The translations under genes and the position numbers were made by a program. Source: Pirellulales bacterium (GTDB lineage: Bacteria; Planctomycetota; Planctomycetia; Pirellulales; UBA1268). Taken from it: a stretch of 52,208 nucleotides of DNA. The notes beneath the pieces are model-generated. The model had not been told where the DNA came from. It saw only the letters and a program-made list of their open reading frames with translations, and did not search any database. Below are positions 37,461 to 45,922 of the stretch, piece by piece (the stretch's first letter is position 1; each line of letters opens with the position of its first letter). The stretch lies in assembly GCA_032117045.1 (NCBI GenBank), contig JAUMAF010000120.1, positions 1 through 52,208 of the forward strand, read 5' to 3'.

Positions 37461-38392
37461 GGTGCCACCTTTTTCTGGAGGTCGGGAGTTCGGGAGGCGG
37501 CGAGAGGGCCCTTTCCCTCAGGGGGCGACTCGGCCAGCCACGCAGCCGTCTCGTCGGACCGCCGCAGGAAGGCCATCTTGGCGCCGAGAATGGCTGCTTC
37601 CTGTTTGAGGACGCGGCCCGTGAGATCGACCCAGAGGCGGCACCGTGGGTCGCGATGGCTCGACGGATCTTCGTGATAGGAGACGACGTGGACCCGCACG
37701 AGCCCGTCTTCCCAATAGAGCGCTTCTTCGGGTCCCACCTCGGCATGCAGGATCTCGATGGGCGACTGGCCTGGACGGAGCGGACTGTAGATCGGAACGG
37801 TCCAGCGGCGACCTTCGTATAAGCCAGGGAGCGTCGCCTGTGGCGAGAGTTCGTCGCCGATCATGATGTGGGTGGGCAGATGGCGGCTCGTCTCATACTG
37901 CATCCCTCCAGCCTCGATCTCGATCGACACCTTCCCGTCGTCGACGACTCCCTTGAGGACGACCTGATCGGTCGCACCCGGAAGGACGACCCGCGATGTG
38001 AAGGACCGCAGTTGGCCGGCGGCGTCGATATCGAGCCGGCCGCGAGCGTCGAAGTCAGCCGCCTGCTGATGAACCACGCGGCGCACGAGCAATCCGGCCC
38101 AGCCCGGCAGCATGTCGTCGAGCGGCAGTTTCTCGAAGTGCAGTTGGCTGTCGACGATGAGTCCGCCCTCGTTCGTGCGCCGCGACGTGGCCAGTGCCCA
38201 GCCGATGGGACGCTCGTTCCACTGCACCGACCATGCCACCGGAATCAGCCGATGCCCGGCGGCGTAGAGCGCCTGCTGACCGGGCGGCGATCCGGGGTTG
38301 AACGAGGGCAAGATCTTCGTGACGACGAGCCACCCGCTGGTGACGAGCCAAAACCCGACGACGATGGGCGTCAACAGCGGTCGCTGCAGCAT
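37457..38392 (-). CDS. N-terminally membrane-anchored protein of unknown function, first gene of the ABC operon
   Basis: One N-terminal TM helix (LLTPIVVGFWLVTSGWLVV) and a beta-rich soluble domain. The stop overlaps the ATPase ATG. No family recognised. Confidence 0.6.
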   Translation of the reverse strand: MLQRPLLTPIVVGFWLVTSGWLVVTKILPSFNPGSPPGQQALYAAGHRLIPVAWSVQWNERPIGWALATSRRTNEGGLIVDSQLHFEKLPLDDMLPGWAGLLVRRVVHQQAADFDARGRLDIDAAGQLRSFTSRVVLPGATDQVVLKGVVDDGKVSIEIEAGGMQYETSRHLPTHIMIGDELSPQATLPGLYEGRRWTVPIYSPLRPGQSPIEILHAEVGPEEALYWEDGLVRVHVVSYHEDPSSHRDPRCRLWVDLTGRVLKQEAAILGAKMAFLRRSDETAAWLAESPPEGKGPLAASRTPDLQKKVAP

Positions 38393-38638
38393 GGCAGTGG
38401 CACCCTCCGGATCAACGCCCCCGGAATCAATCCCGGGTAGCCGATCCGACGCATTCCCTCATCGAAAACTCACGGTTTTGATTGTAGCCGTGGAAGGTGG
38501 CCGCGAATATGCTTTGGATCTAGAAGCGATGGAGAGGGGCGTTTTTCCGCATCGTCGCTGGGCTCACCGCGGCGATTGTCGGACCGGGCGCAAACGCCTA
38601 CACTCTTGAGAAGGCGTGAGTTTTGGGGAGGACGACAG

Positions 38639-38983
38639 ATGATGTCGAATACGCACATGAGGCAGCGAGATAACCAACGAGACGACGTTCCTTCCGCTGA
38701 AGTCCGGACTCATCAGGTCTATTTCCATCAGGGATGCCCCGTCTGCGGTCGGCGGCTGGAAATCAACGTCAGCCTGCTGGGCAAACGGGTGTTTTGCCAG
38801 CATTGTGGCGGCGGCTTCGTGGCCATGGATGCGTCGATGCAGTCGGCGCCCGCCGATCCACGGCAGACTGGTCGAACTGGAAAAGTGGATGAACTCCTGG
38901 AGCGGGCGGCCTTTCTCCTCGAGCAGGCGGGGTCGGAATCCGGATCGCGTCACGAAGCGACCACGCCGACCGCTACCCGTTAG
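38639..38983 (+). CDS. Small zinc-ribbon protein
   Basis: CPVCGRRL...CQHCGG ribbon. GGGGAGG lies 8 nt upstream of the ATG at 38639. The ORF-track start at 38576 is a TTG. Confidence 0.55.
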   Translation: MMSNTHMRQRDNQRDDVPSAEVRTHQVYFHQGCPVCGRRLEINVSLLGKRVFCQHCGGGFVAMDASMQSAPADPRQTGRTGKVDELLERAAFLLEQAGSESGSRHEATTPTATR

Positions 38984-39001
38984 TGTTCTTTTGGTCGACG
39001 T

Positions 39002-39250
39002 GGCTCGGGGCTGTCCGTGCAAGCCGACGGGCCGTGAGGCCGCGGGCAGGACTGGTGCGCGGCTCGTGGCTGCCCATGCCTCGTCGCCGGACGTTCGTTG
39101 CCCCCATCCTGGGCTTCACTCACTCGGATGCCGCCGGCGCTTCGGCATCCTGCCTGCGCTTGGCGTCATACGCCGGCTTCGGGGCACGGGCAGCCCCTCG
39201 CTGACGTCAGGCCGTGCAAGCCGATCGGCCGTGAGGCCACGGGCTGCTGG
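39002..39250 (+). repeat. Composite palindromic intergenic element, copy B: REP, left IR arm (degenerate), conserved core, right IR arm, REP
   Basis: REP 39014..39047, IR-left GTGGCTGCCCATGCCTCG 39066..39083, core 39087..39179, IR-right CGGGGCACGGGCAGCCCC 39180..39197, REP 39210..39244. Same strand orientation as copy A. Confidence 0.75.
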
Positions 39251-39254
39251 CCCG

Positions 39255-39306
39255 CTGGTTTCTGGCTAGCCGGTTTTTGGCCAGCCGGTTTTTGGCCAGC
39301 CCGGTT
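39255..39306. repeat. 15-bp tandem repeat (CCGGTTTTTGGCCAG), about 3.4 copies, overlapping the aroA 3' end
   Basis: Units at 39255..39269 (degenerate, contains the aroA stop), 39270..39284 and 39285..39299 (identical), and a partial fourth. They translate on the minus strand as GWPKTGWPKTG-stop. Confidence 0.85.
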
Positions 39307-40603
39307 CGAACTGCGCGAGACTGCCCAGCCGGCTCCAGTAGCCTGGAAATGTCTTGCCGACGCAGCCAGGATCTTGAATTGCGACCCCAGGCACCACAAG
39401 TCCAGCGAGCGCGAGGCTCATCGCCATGCGATGGTCGTCGTAGGTTCGCAGGCTCGCAGCTGCGAGCGGTGCCGGGGAGATCGTCAGGCCGTCGGCATGT
39501 TCCGTCGCGTCGGCCTGCAGGGTGCGGAGTTCGCGGACGAGGTCACCGATCCGATCGGTCTCCTTGTCACGAATGTGGGCGACGTTACGGATCGTGGTCG
39601 GCGTGTCGGCGAAGAGGGCCACGACGGCCAGCGTCGGCACCGTGTCGCTGATTGCGTTCATATCGATGTCGATGCCGCGGGATGCACGGCCGGTGACGGT
39701 GACGGAATTGCCGGCGCCGGAGGCATCGCCCTCGTCCCAGTGCACGGTGCATCCCATCCGCTCGAGGGCATCGCAGAATGCCACGTCGCCCTGCATGCTG
39801 CGCCGAGACAGACCCTCGACCGTGACCGATCCGCCGGTGATGGCGGCCGCCGCGAAGAAGTAGCTCGCGGCTGAGGCATCCGGCTCGATGTCATACTCGC
39901 GTCCCTCGTAGCCGCCTGCCGGGATGTGCCAGGTGCGATCTCCCACGACGTCGCACCGACCGCCGAAGCTTGCCATCACCCGGCGGGTCATCTCCAGATA
40001 AGGCAGCGAGACGAGGGTGCCGATGAACTCGAGCGTCATGCCCTGCTCGGTGCAGGGGGCTGCGAGCGCCAGTCCGCTGGCGAACTGGCTCGAGGTGCTG
40101 CCGCGGATCGACGCGGTGCCGCCGGCGAGTCCGTGCGAGCGGATCGTCACGGGCGGGCATCCGCCTGGACTGCCGGCCTCCGCGTCGATGCCGAGCTCAC
40201 GGAGCGCGGCCAGGAGATCACCGATCGGCCGCTGCCGCATACGGGCGGTGCCGTCGAGATGATACGTGCCACGGCCGAGCCCGCAGACGGCGGCGAGAAA
40301 CCGCATCGTGGTGCCGCTGGCGGCACAGTCGAGTGTCGCCTCCGCCGCCGGGATCACGCCACCGACACCCTCCACAGTCACGGTAGCGGCTTCCCAATCG
40401 GCCTGGAGTGGCACCCCGAGGGCCGCGAGGGCGGCCGCCATGATCCGCGTATCCTGGCTGTCGAGCATGCCGGTCAGCCGACTCGTGCCGCGGGCCAGCG
40501 CCGCGCAGACGAAGGCGCGGTTGCTGATGCTCTTCGAACCCGGAGGACGGATGCGGCCCGTGACCGGCGCCGGGCAGGCGGGGATGACGAGATGGTCAGC
40601 CAT
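39266..40603 (-). CDS. aroA: 3-phosphoshikimate 1-carboxyvinyltransferase (EPSP synthase)
   Basis: PGSKSISNRAFVCAALA, LDSQDT, DHRMAMS. Confidence 0.95.
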   Translation of the reverse strand: MADHLVIPACPAPVTGRIRPPGSKSISNRAFVCAALARGTSRLTGMLDSQDTRIMAAALAALGVPLQADWEAATVTVEGVGGVIPAAEATLDCAASGTTMRFLAAVCGLGRGTYHLDGTARMRQRPIGDLLAALRELGIDAEAGSPGGCPPVTIRSHGLAGGTASIRGSTSSQFASGLALAAPCTEQGMTLEFIGTLVSLPYLEMTRRVMASFGGRCDVVGDRTWHIPAGGYEGREYDIEPDASAASYFFAAAAITGGSVTVEGLSRRSMQGDVAFCDALERMGCTVHWDEGDASGAGNSVTVTGRASRGIDIDMNAISDTVPTLAVVALFADTPTTIRNVAHIRDKETDRIGDLVRELRTLQADATEHADGLTISPAPLAAASLRTYDDHRMAMSLALAGLVVPGVAIQDPGCVGKTFPGYWSRLGSLAQFEPGWPKTGWPKTG

Positions 40604-40767
40604 GATCAGCCATGGGAAGATGCGGAGAAAACGCCAAGGATACGTCTGGAAAAGCGGGTGGTTGCAGCCGCAGCCGGGGCGGAGGAAAACGGTCGCTCTG
40701 CACGCAAGGGTAGGTCACCGCATGGCCGCGGTCCATGGCCCTTGGCCGGCGCCGGTTTCCAACCTTC

Positions 40768-42006
40768 ATGCACTTCACGCCACCGCTATTCCCGGGCACC
40801 GCAGCCCCGACGCCCTACGACTTCGTGGCGCCGTCCAGTATCGCCTTCGGACCGGGGCGAGTTCGGGAGCTCGGCAGTGTGGCCGCACGGCTCGGCGATG
40901 TCGCCTGGCTCGTCGCCGGCACGCGGGGCCTGGCCGGCTGTGGCGGCGAGGCGGGCGTGGGCGGTCTCTGTGCCGAGGCGGGGCTCCGCCTGATGCGGAT
41001 CGCCATGGTTACGGGCGAGCCGACGGTCGATGACGTCGTCTCCGCGCTTCGGGGCTTGCCGGATCGTGGTGGCCGCTCCCCTGTGATCGTGGCGATCGGG
41101 GGCGGTGCGGCAATCGATCTCGCCAAGGCCATCGCCGCCTTGGCAACCAACATGAATCCCAGCGCGAATCCCAGCGCGACCGATCTCGACCAGGAAGTGA
41201 CCGATCACCTCGAGGGCGTGGGTCGGGGCCTCTCGATCCGGGTGGCCCCCTTGCCGGTCGTGGCCGTGCCGACCACCGCCGGCACTGGTGCCGAAGCGAC
41301 CCGAAATGCGGTCATTTCATGCCCGCGTCGCCGATTCAAGAAGAGCATGCGGAGCCCGCTGATGGTGCCCCGTGCCGCGATCGTCGACCCGGTCCTGACG
41401 GTGGCCTGTGAGCGAAAGGTGACGGTCGCATCCGGCCTCGACTGCATCACGCAACTCGTTGAATCATTCGTGTGCCGTTTCGGCGCGGCATTGCCCCGGG
41501 CGCTGGTCCTCGACGCGCTGCCGCGTGCAATCGCGGCGCTGCCGCGCGTGCTCTCCGATCCAGCCGACATCGACGCCCGGGCCGCCATGAGTCATGCCGC
41601 ACTCGTCTCGGGGCTGGCACTCACGAACTCTGGTCTGGGGATGGCGCACGGCGTCGCGGCGGCGCTCGGCATCGAGTGCGGCACTCCGCACGGGGTCGCG
41701 TGTGCGGTCATGCTGCCGGTGGCCGTCAGCGTGAATCGAGCCGCCTGTCGCGACGACTTCGCCGCGCTCGAGCGGGCCATCGACCACGACGCGTCTGCCA
41801 GCCCCGACGAAGCAGCCGATGCGTTTGTCATGCGGATCGAAGCCCTGTGCGCCGCGTCGGGGGCGCCGCGTCGGCTCTCGGAGGTGGGCCTGGACCGCGG
41901 CCGGCTCCGCTGGCTGGCGGAGCATTCGGGCGGCGCCAGCATGCGGGGCAATCCGATCGAGCTCGATCCCGAGGCCCTGTTGGCGATCGTGGATCGTGCC
42001 TATTGA
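40768..42006 (+). CDS. Iron-containing (group III) alcohol dehydrogenase family protein
   Basis: IGGGAAIDLAKA, VAVPTTAGTGAE, His-rich metal-site region (HAALVSG...GMAHGVA...HG). Start taken at MHFTPP (40768). Confidence 0.85.
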   Translation: MHFTPPLFPGTAAPTPYDFVAPSSIAFGPGRVRELGSVAARLGDVAWLVAGTRGLAGCGGEAGVGGLCAEAGLRLMRIAMVTGEPTVDDVVSALRGLPDRGGRSPVIVAIGGGAAIDLAKAIAALATNMNPSANPSATDLDQEVTDHLEGVGRGLSIRVAPLPVVAVPTTAGTGAEATRNAVISCPRRRFKKSMRSPLMVPRAAIVDPVLTVACERKVTVASGLDCITQLVESFVCRFGAALPRALVLDALPRAIAALPRVLSDPADIDARAAMSHAALVSGLALTNSGLGMAHGVAAALGIECGTPHGVACAVMLPVAVSVNRAACRDDFAALERAIDHDASASPDEAADAFVMRIEALCAASGAPRRLSEVGLDRGRLRWLAEHSGGASMRGNPIELDPEALLAIVDRAY

Positions 42007-42022
42007 GCGAAGCTGGAGCGGT

Positions 42023-42484
42023 TCAGTCGTCGACGCTGGCCAGAATCGGATCGTCGAGCAGAGGAAGGATCGATGCGGTGGCGGGCTCGCCGGCGAGGGC
42101 GGTCTCCCATTCGTCACAAACGGCTGGCAGGCTTGGCTTCTCGTCGAGAAGCAGCTGCACACCGAGAAGGATGTGGTTGGCGGCGCGGCCGTCGGCGTCG
42201 AACCACTGCCGGAGGATGGCTCGTTCGAAGGCCTTCGGCATGCTCGCCCGCGGACCGCGGTGGATCCGACCGGCCTCCTTGTAGGCATATGTCTCAGGAC
42301 CGATTTCGACGACCGAGATCATGCGGTCGACCTCGCCCCTCTGCGGGGCCGGGGCGGAGGCACACGTGCCGGCGGCGATGACGGTGGGATCTGTCTCACC
42401 GGGGGACACGCCGAGCACGGCATGGGCCGAGACGAGATCGACCGCCGGAATTCCGAGCCACTCACGGCAGGGGTCGAAGGACAT
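42023..42484 (-). CDS. Hypothetical protein with a planctomycete-type WLGIP N-terminal motif
   Basis: DPCREWLGIPA...VLGVSPGETDPTVIAAG resembles the J-like WLGI N-termini common in Planctomycetota. The rest is unrecognised. Confidence 0.45.
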   Translation of the reverse strand: MSFDPCREWLGIPAVDLVSAHAVLGVSPGETDPTVIAAGTCASAPAPQRGEVDRMISVVEIGPETYAYKEAGRIHRGPRASMPKAFERAILRQWFDADGRAANHILLGVQLLLDEKPSLPAVCDEWETALAGEPATASILPLLDDPILASVDD

Positions 42485-42573
42485 GAGTCATGCGGTGAAG
42501 GAGTACGGGAGGGATGCGGAAGCCCATCGACTCGGACATCATCCCTCGCACCCCGTGAGAGCCTAGCAGATGC

Positions 42574-44868
42574 TCACTCGAGCCGTCGCCAGACCGTCAT
42601 CTCGGCGATCGTGTACTGATGCTTGCGGGCCGTCTCCCGGATGACGAACGGCAGGTCCTGCCTGTGAACGAGTGAAAACGTGCCGGCGACCGCCCGCGCC
42701 ATCCCGTCGAACGTCGCCAGCGGCTCGCCATGCTCCCGCCGGCCTCCAAGCCACTTCGACTTCTGCGTGTATTCCTCGAGCCAGGTGTAGGGTGACGTGA
42801 TCACCAGCAGACCGCCGGGCCGGATCCGCGAGGCGATGGCGTCGAGAAACAACGCAGGTTCATAGAGTCGATCGATCAGATTTCCGGCGAAGACGAGGTC
42901 GTAGTCGGTGTAGTTCGCCTTCAGATTGCAGGCATCGCCCTGCATGAAGAGGACCCGGTCTCCAACGGCGGTAAGACCGACTCGATCGAGCGACACCGCC
43001 CGCCCCGCAGTGAGTTCGCCCTCGGTGGGAACCTCATAGAGCACCTCGTCTCCCCGCTGGAGCCGCACTCCCGCCTGGATGAAGCGAGCCGAGAAGTCGA
43101 TGGCATCGACGTGGGCGAAAAAGCGTGCAAACTCGAAGGCCGAGCGGCCCACCGAGCAGCCGATGTCGAGGCAGCGTTGTCGGCGGTCGGCCGGCACGTG
43201 GGGCATCGTGGCCTCCACGCAGGCCTTGGGGAAGTTCGGCACGCCAAGCCGCGTGGCCGTCGTGGCGACAGAAACGCCGCCGGAAGCTTCGTCGGATTTG
43301 CCGGAAGCGGCGTCACAATAGTGGAAGTCGAGGTATTGCGTGACGAGTTGATCCGTCTCGTAAAGCCGCGAGCCGGCCGTCAGCGCCTCGTTGCCCGGCT
43401 CCTCGATGATCGTGCGGAAGCCCGCATGCTGAAAGAAATGCCGACGGAACGCGTAGCGGGCGCTGGCCAACGCCTCGTTGCCCGTCGCAATCCATGAGCC
43501 TCCTTTGATGAGGTTGTGCCGACCGTCGAACGTGGGCACCGAAAAATCGTCGTAGAGTGGATGCACCTCGAAGCCCTTGAACGGCATGATCGGGGTCCGC
43601 GTCCACTGCCAGACGTTGCCCACGATGTCGCAGAACTCGCCCTGAGGAAAGGCGTCGACCGGGCAGCTGGAAGCACCGTGCTCGAGATTGATGTTGCCCG
43701 GCGCCGTCGTCCAGGTCGGTTGGTCGCCCGGCACCGTGTCGCGGAGCACCTGCCAGTGGGCCTCCGTCGGCAGGAGCACGTTTTCGCCCGATGTCGCTGC
43801 GAGCCACGCGCAGTATGCCTGCGCCTCGAGGCAGTTGACCTCGACCGGCCAGTTCAGGGGAAGCGGGATCTCGTCGAGCAGATTTCGCTGAAGGAAAGCC
43901 TCGTTCCGCCGCACCCAAAATTTCGGATGTTCGGCCCGCGTGTAGTGCAGCCAGCCCCGGCCTTCCTCGGTCCACCACTGTTCGTCACGATATCCGCCGG
44001 CGGCCACGAACTCCATGAACTCGGCGTTCGAGACGAGCCTCCTGCCGGCCCGAAAGGCGGGCAGCGTCACCTGCTCGACGCCGTATTCGTTGTCCCAGCC
44101 GTAGGTGCGGTCGTCCGATCGCTTGCCGAGGTGCACCGATGTTGCCGCCACCGGCAGCCACTCGTTGGGAGGCGACGCACCGCTCGTCGAGCAGGCTCGC
44201 CAGAGACGCCGCTCGTCCGCGGTCAGTTCAGTGCCGTGCCGGAGTTCTTCGAGCGGCATCTGCCGCATGATCACGCTCGACGTTTCGAGGTGGATTCGCT
44301 CGTGCTCGATGCCCATCAGGATCAGCCACGCGGGAGAGTTCCAGCGAATGGGCAACTCCAGCGGCATCGTCTGAATGAACTGATCGACGAGCTCTCGCAT
44401 GGCCGCCCGATAGCGGCGAACCTCCGCCACCGAAGGCCAGTCGTAGTGGGCGGTGTTGAGATCATCCCACGACATCTCATCGACGCCCACCGCCATCATC
44501 GACTCGAGCGAGGGATCGAGCCGTTCGGGGATGTAGCGACCGGCTGTTAGTTTGTTGAGATAAAAGACGGCCGGATGGGCGAAGTAGAAGATCAGCGGAT
44601 GGCGAAGCGGCTCGTGCCGCACGTAATACGATGCCTCGTCCTTGATGAGGTCGAAGAGCCGTTCGTAGATCTCGCAGGTCTGGTGGAAGTACCGCCGGAG
44701 TTCGGCCCGCTTCGCGGCCACCGGGTCGCTCGCATCCGGGGCCGCGTCGAGGAGCGGGGTGCGGGTGGGCGTCAGCGGCCTGGAGAGATCCGAGAACCGA
44801 GCGATATCCGAGGGCTGGCCCGCGACGTGGGCTGGGGCCCCCTTGCCCGAAGGAGCGGTCGGCTGCAT
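42574..44868 (-). CDS. ovoA: 5-histidylcysteine sulfoxide synthase / methyltransferase OvoA (ovothiol biosynthesis)
   Basis: DinB-like N-domain (YFHQTCEIYERLF...HPLIFYFAHPAVFYLNK), FGE-sulfatase domain (GNVWQWT), C-terminal SAM methyltransferase (CLDIGCSVGRSAFEFA). Start at MQPTAPSG (44868), 26 nt after the upstream stop. Confidence 0.85.
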   Translation of the reverse strand: MQPTAPSGKGAPAHVAGQPSDIARFSDLSRPLTPTRTPLLDAAPDASDPVAAKRAELRRYFHQTCEIYERLFDLIKDEASYYVRHEPLRHPLIFYFAHPAVFYLNKLTAGRYIPERLDPSLESMMAVGVDEMSWDDLNTAHYDWPSVAEVRRYRAAMRELVDQFIQTMPLELPIRWNSPAWLILMGIEHERIHLETSSVIMRQMPLEELRHGTELTADERRLWRACSTSGASPPNEWLPVAATSVHLGKRSDDRTYGWDNEYGVEQVTLPAFRAGRRLVSNAEFMEFVAAGGYRDEQWWTEEGRGWLHYTRAEHPKFWVRRNEAFLQRNLLDEIPLPLNWPVEVNCLEAQAYCAWLAATSGENVLLPTEAHWQVLRDTVPGDQPTWTTAPGNINLEHGASSCPVDAFPQGEFCDIVGNVWQWTRTPIMPFKGFEVHPLYDDFSVPTFDGRHNLIKGGSWIATGNEALASARYAFRRHFFQHAGFRTIIEEPGNEALTAGSRLYETDQLVTQYLDFHYCDAASGKSDEASGGVSVATTATRLGVPNFPKACVEATMPHVPADRRQRCLDIGCSVGRSAFEFARFFAHVDAIDFSARFIQAGVRLQRGDEVLYEVPTEGELTAGRAVSLDRVGLTAVGDRVLFMQGDACNLKANYTDYDLVFAGNLIDRLYEPALFLDAIASRIRPGGLLVITSPYTWLEEYTQKSKWLGGRREHGEPLATFDGMARAVAGTFSLVHRQDLPFVIRETARKHQYTIAEMTVWRRLE

Positions 44869-44893
44869 GGGGTAATCCGCGAAGTGTCGAGAC

Positions 44894-45922
44894 TTACGAG
44901 TCCGTAACTTTAGCACCACTTCGGAGGCCGGCCACCAACGGTGCTGGGATCGCCGACGAGGCCCCGAGCAGCGATCCGACAACCGCCCCGCGGTGGCAGT
45001 TGTCGCCGCCGCACCGGGCATTCGCAAAGACACCGGCGGCGAAGTCGCCCGCATGCCGGTAGGCCAGCGCGAGCGACGCCGGAAAGGCCTCGTCGATGTA
45101 GCAGGCCGAACTGAGGGTGCCTCCCACCAGTTGCCGATCGGAAAGCCCCTCCCAGCCGCGGAGCTTGGCCGCGGAAATCCAGTCGCGGCCATGCTCGAGA
45201 ATCGCCTCCCGCAGCGCGGCCGCCGATTCGTCCGCCGTGGGCGTGGTCGCCTCGGGCCGTGGGATCACGTCAACCAGGATTCGCACCAGCGAGTCGGCCG
45301 CCGCCAGCACGTCGTCGTCCTTGTGTGTCAGGTTCACGTGGAGGCGGACGATCCGCCGCAGGTCGGGGTGCCGGGCACCGACCGCGGCGACGAGCGCCGG
45401 CACGGGAACGAGGCCGCCGATATGCACGTCACGGACGCCGCTGTTGATCGGCTTGCGGCCTGCCGCGAGGTTCGTGAAGAAGTGTCGGTGGTACTCCTCC
45501 AGATACGTGTCTCGATGCCGATCGGGCTCGAGCATGAAGGCGACATAATGCTCGAGCCACCGCTCCGGATCGTAGTCGCGATCACGGCGGACGAGTGCGA
45601 AGAGTTCGACCGCCAGCTGCGAGTTGAGCGTGTTCTCACCCGCTGCCAGAAACTGGTGGTAATGCACGCCGCGTTTGCCCCAGTCTGCCGCCCGTTCACG
45701 GAGGATGTCGAAGGCCGGCGACGGCGGTGTCCAACTCGACCGCCAGAGAATGCTGTCGGGATGCGGGCTCTGCGGAGCGAGATAGCCGGTGATCGAGCCG
45801 TAGTCGCGTTCGAGCGCCCGCTGGTCGTAATACCAATGGACGGGCATGGCCACGGCGTCGGCGACGAGCGCCCCCATGAACGCAGAGCGGGCGGCATCGA
45901 GGAGGGGAAGAGGAGCGGTCAT
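44894..45922 (-). CDS. ADP-ribosylglycohydrolase-family protein, atypical
   Basis: GALVADAVAMPVHWYY N-terminal motif and C-terminal GGDNCHRGAVVGSLLGA align to the ARH-family GDAlG.P.E and GGDTDT.aai.Gal.Ga motifs. ATGA overlap with the upstream ABC ATPase stop. Confidence 0.8.
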   Translation of the reverse strand: MTAPLPLLDAARSAFMGALVADAVAMPVHWYYDQRALERDYGSITGYLAPQSPHPDSILWRSSWTPPSPAFDILRERAADWGKRGVHYHQFLAAGENTLNSQLAVELFALVRRDRDYDPERWLEHYVAFMLEPDRHRDTYLEEYHRHFFTNLAAGRKPINSGVRDVHIGGLVPVPALVAAVGARHPDLRRIVRLHVNLTHKDDDVLAAADSLVRILVDVIPRPEATTPTADESAAALREAILEHGRDWISAAKLRGWEGLSDRQLVGGTLSSACYIDEAFPASLALAYRHAGDFAAGVFANARCGGDNCHRGAVVGSLLGASSAIPAPLVAGLRSGAKVTDS

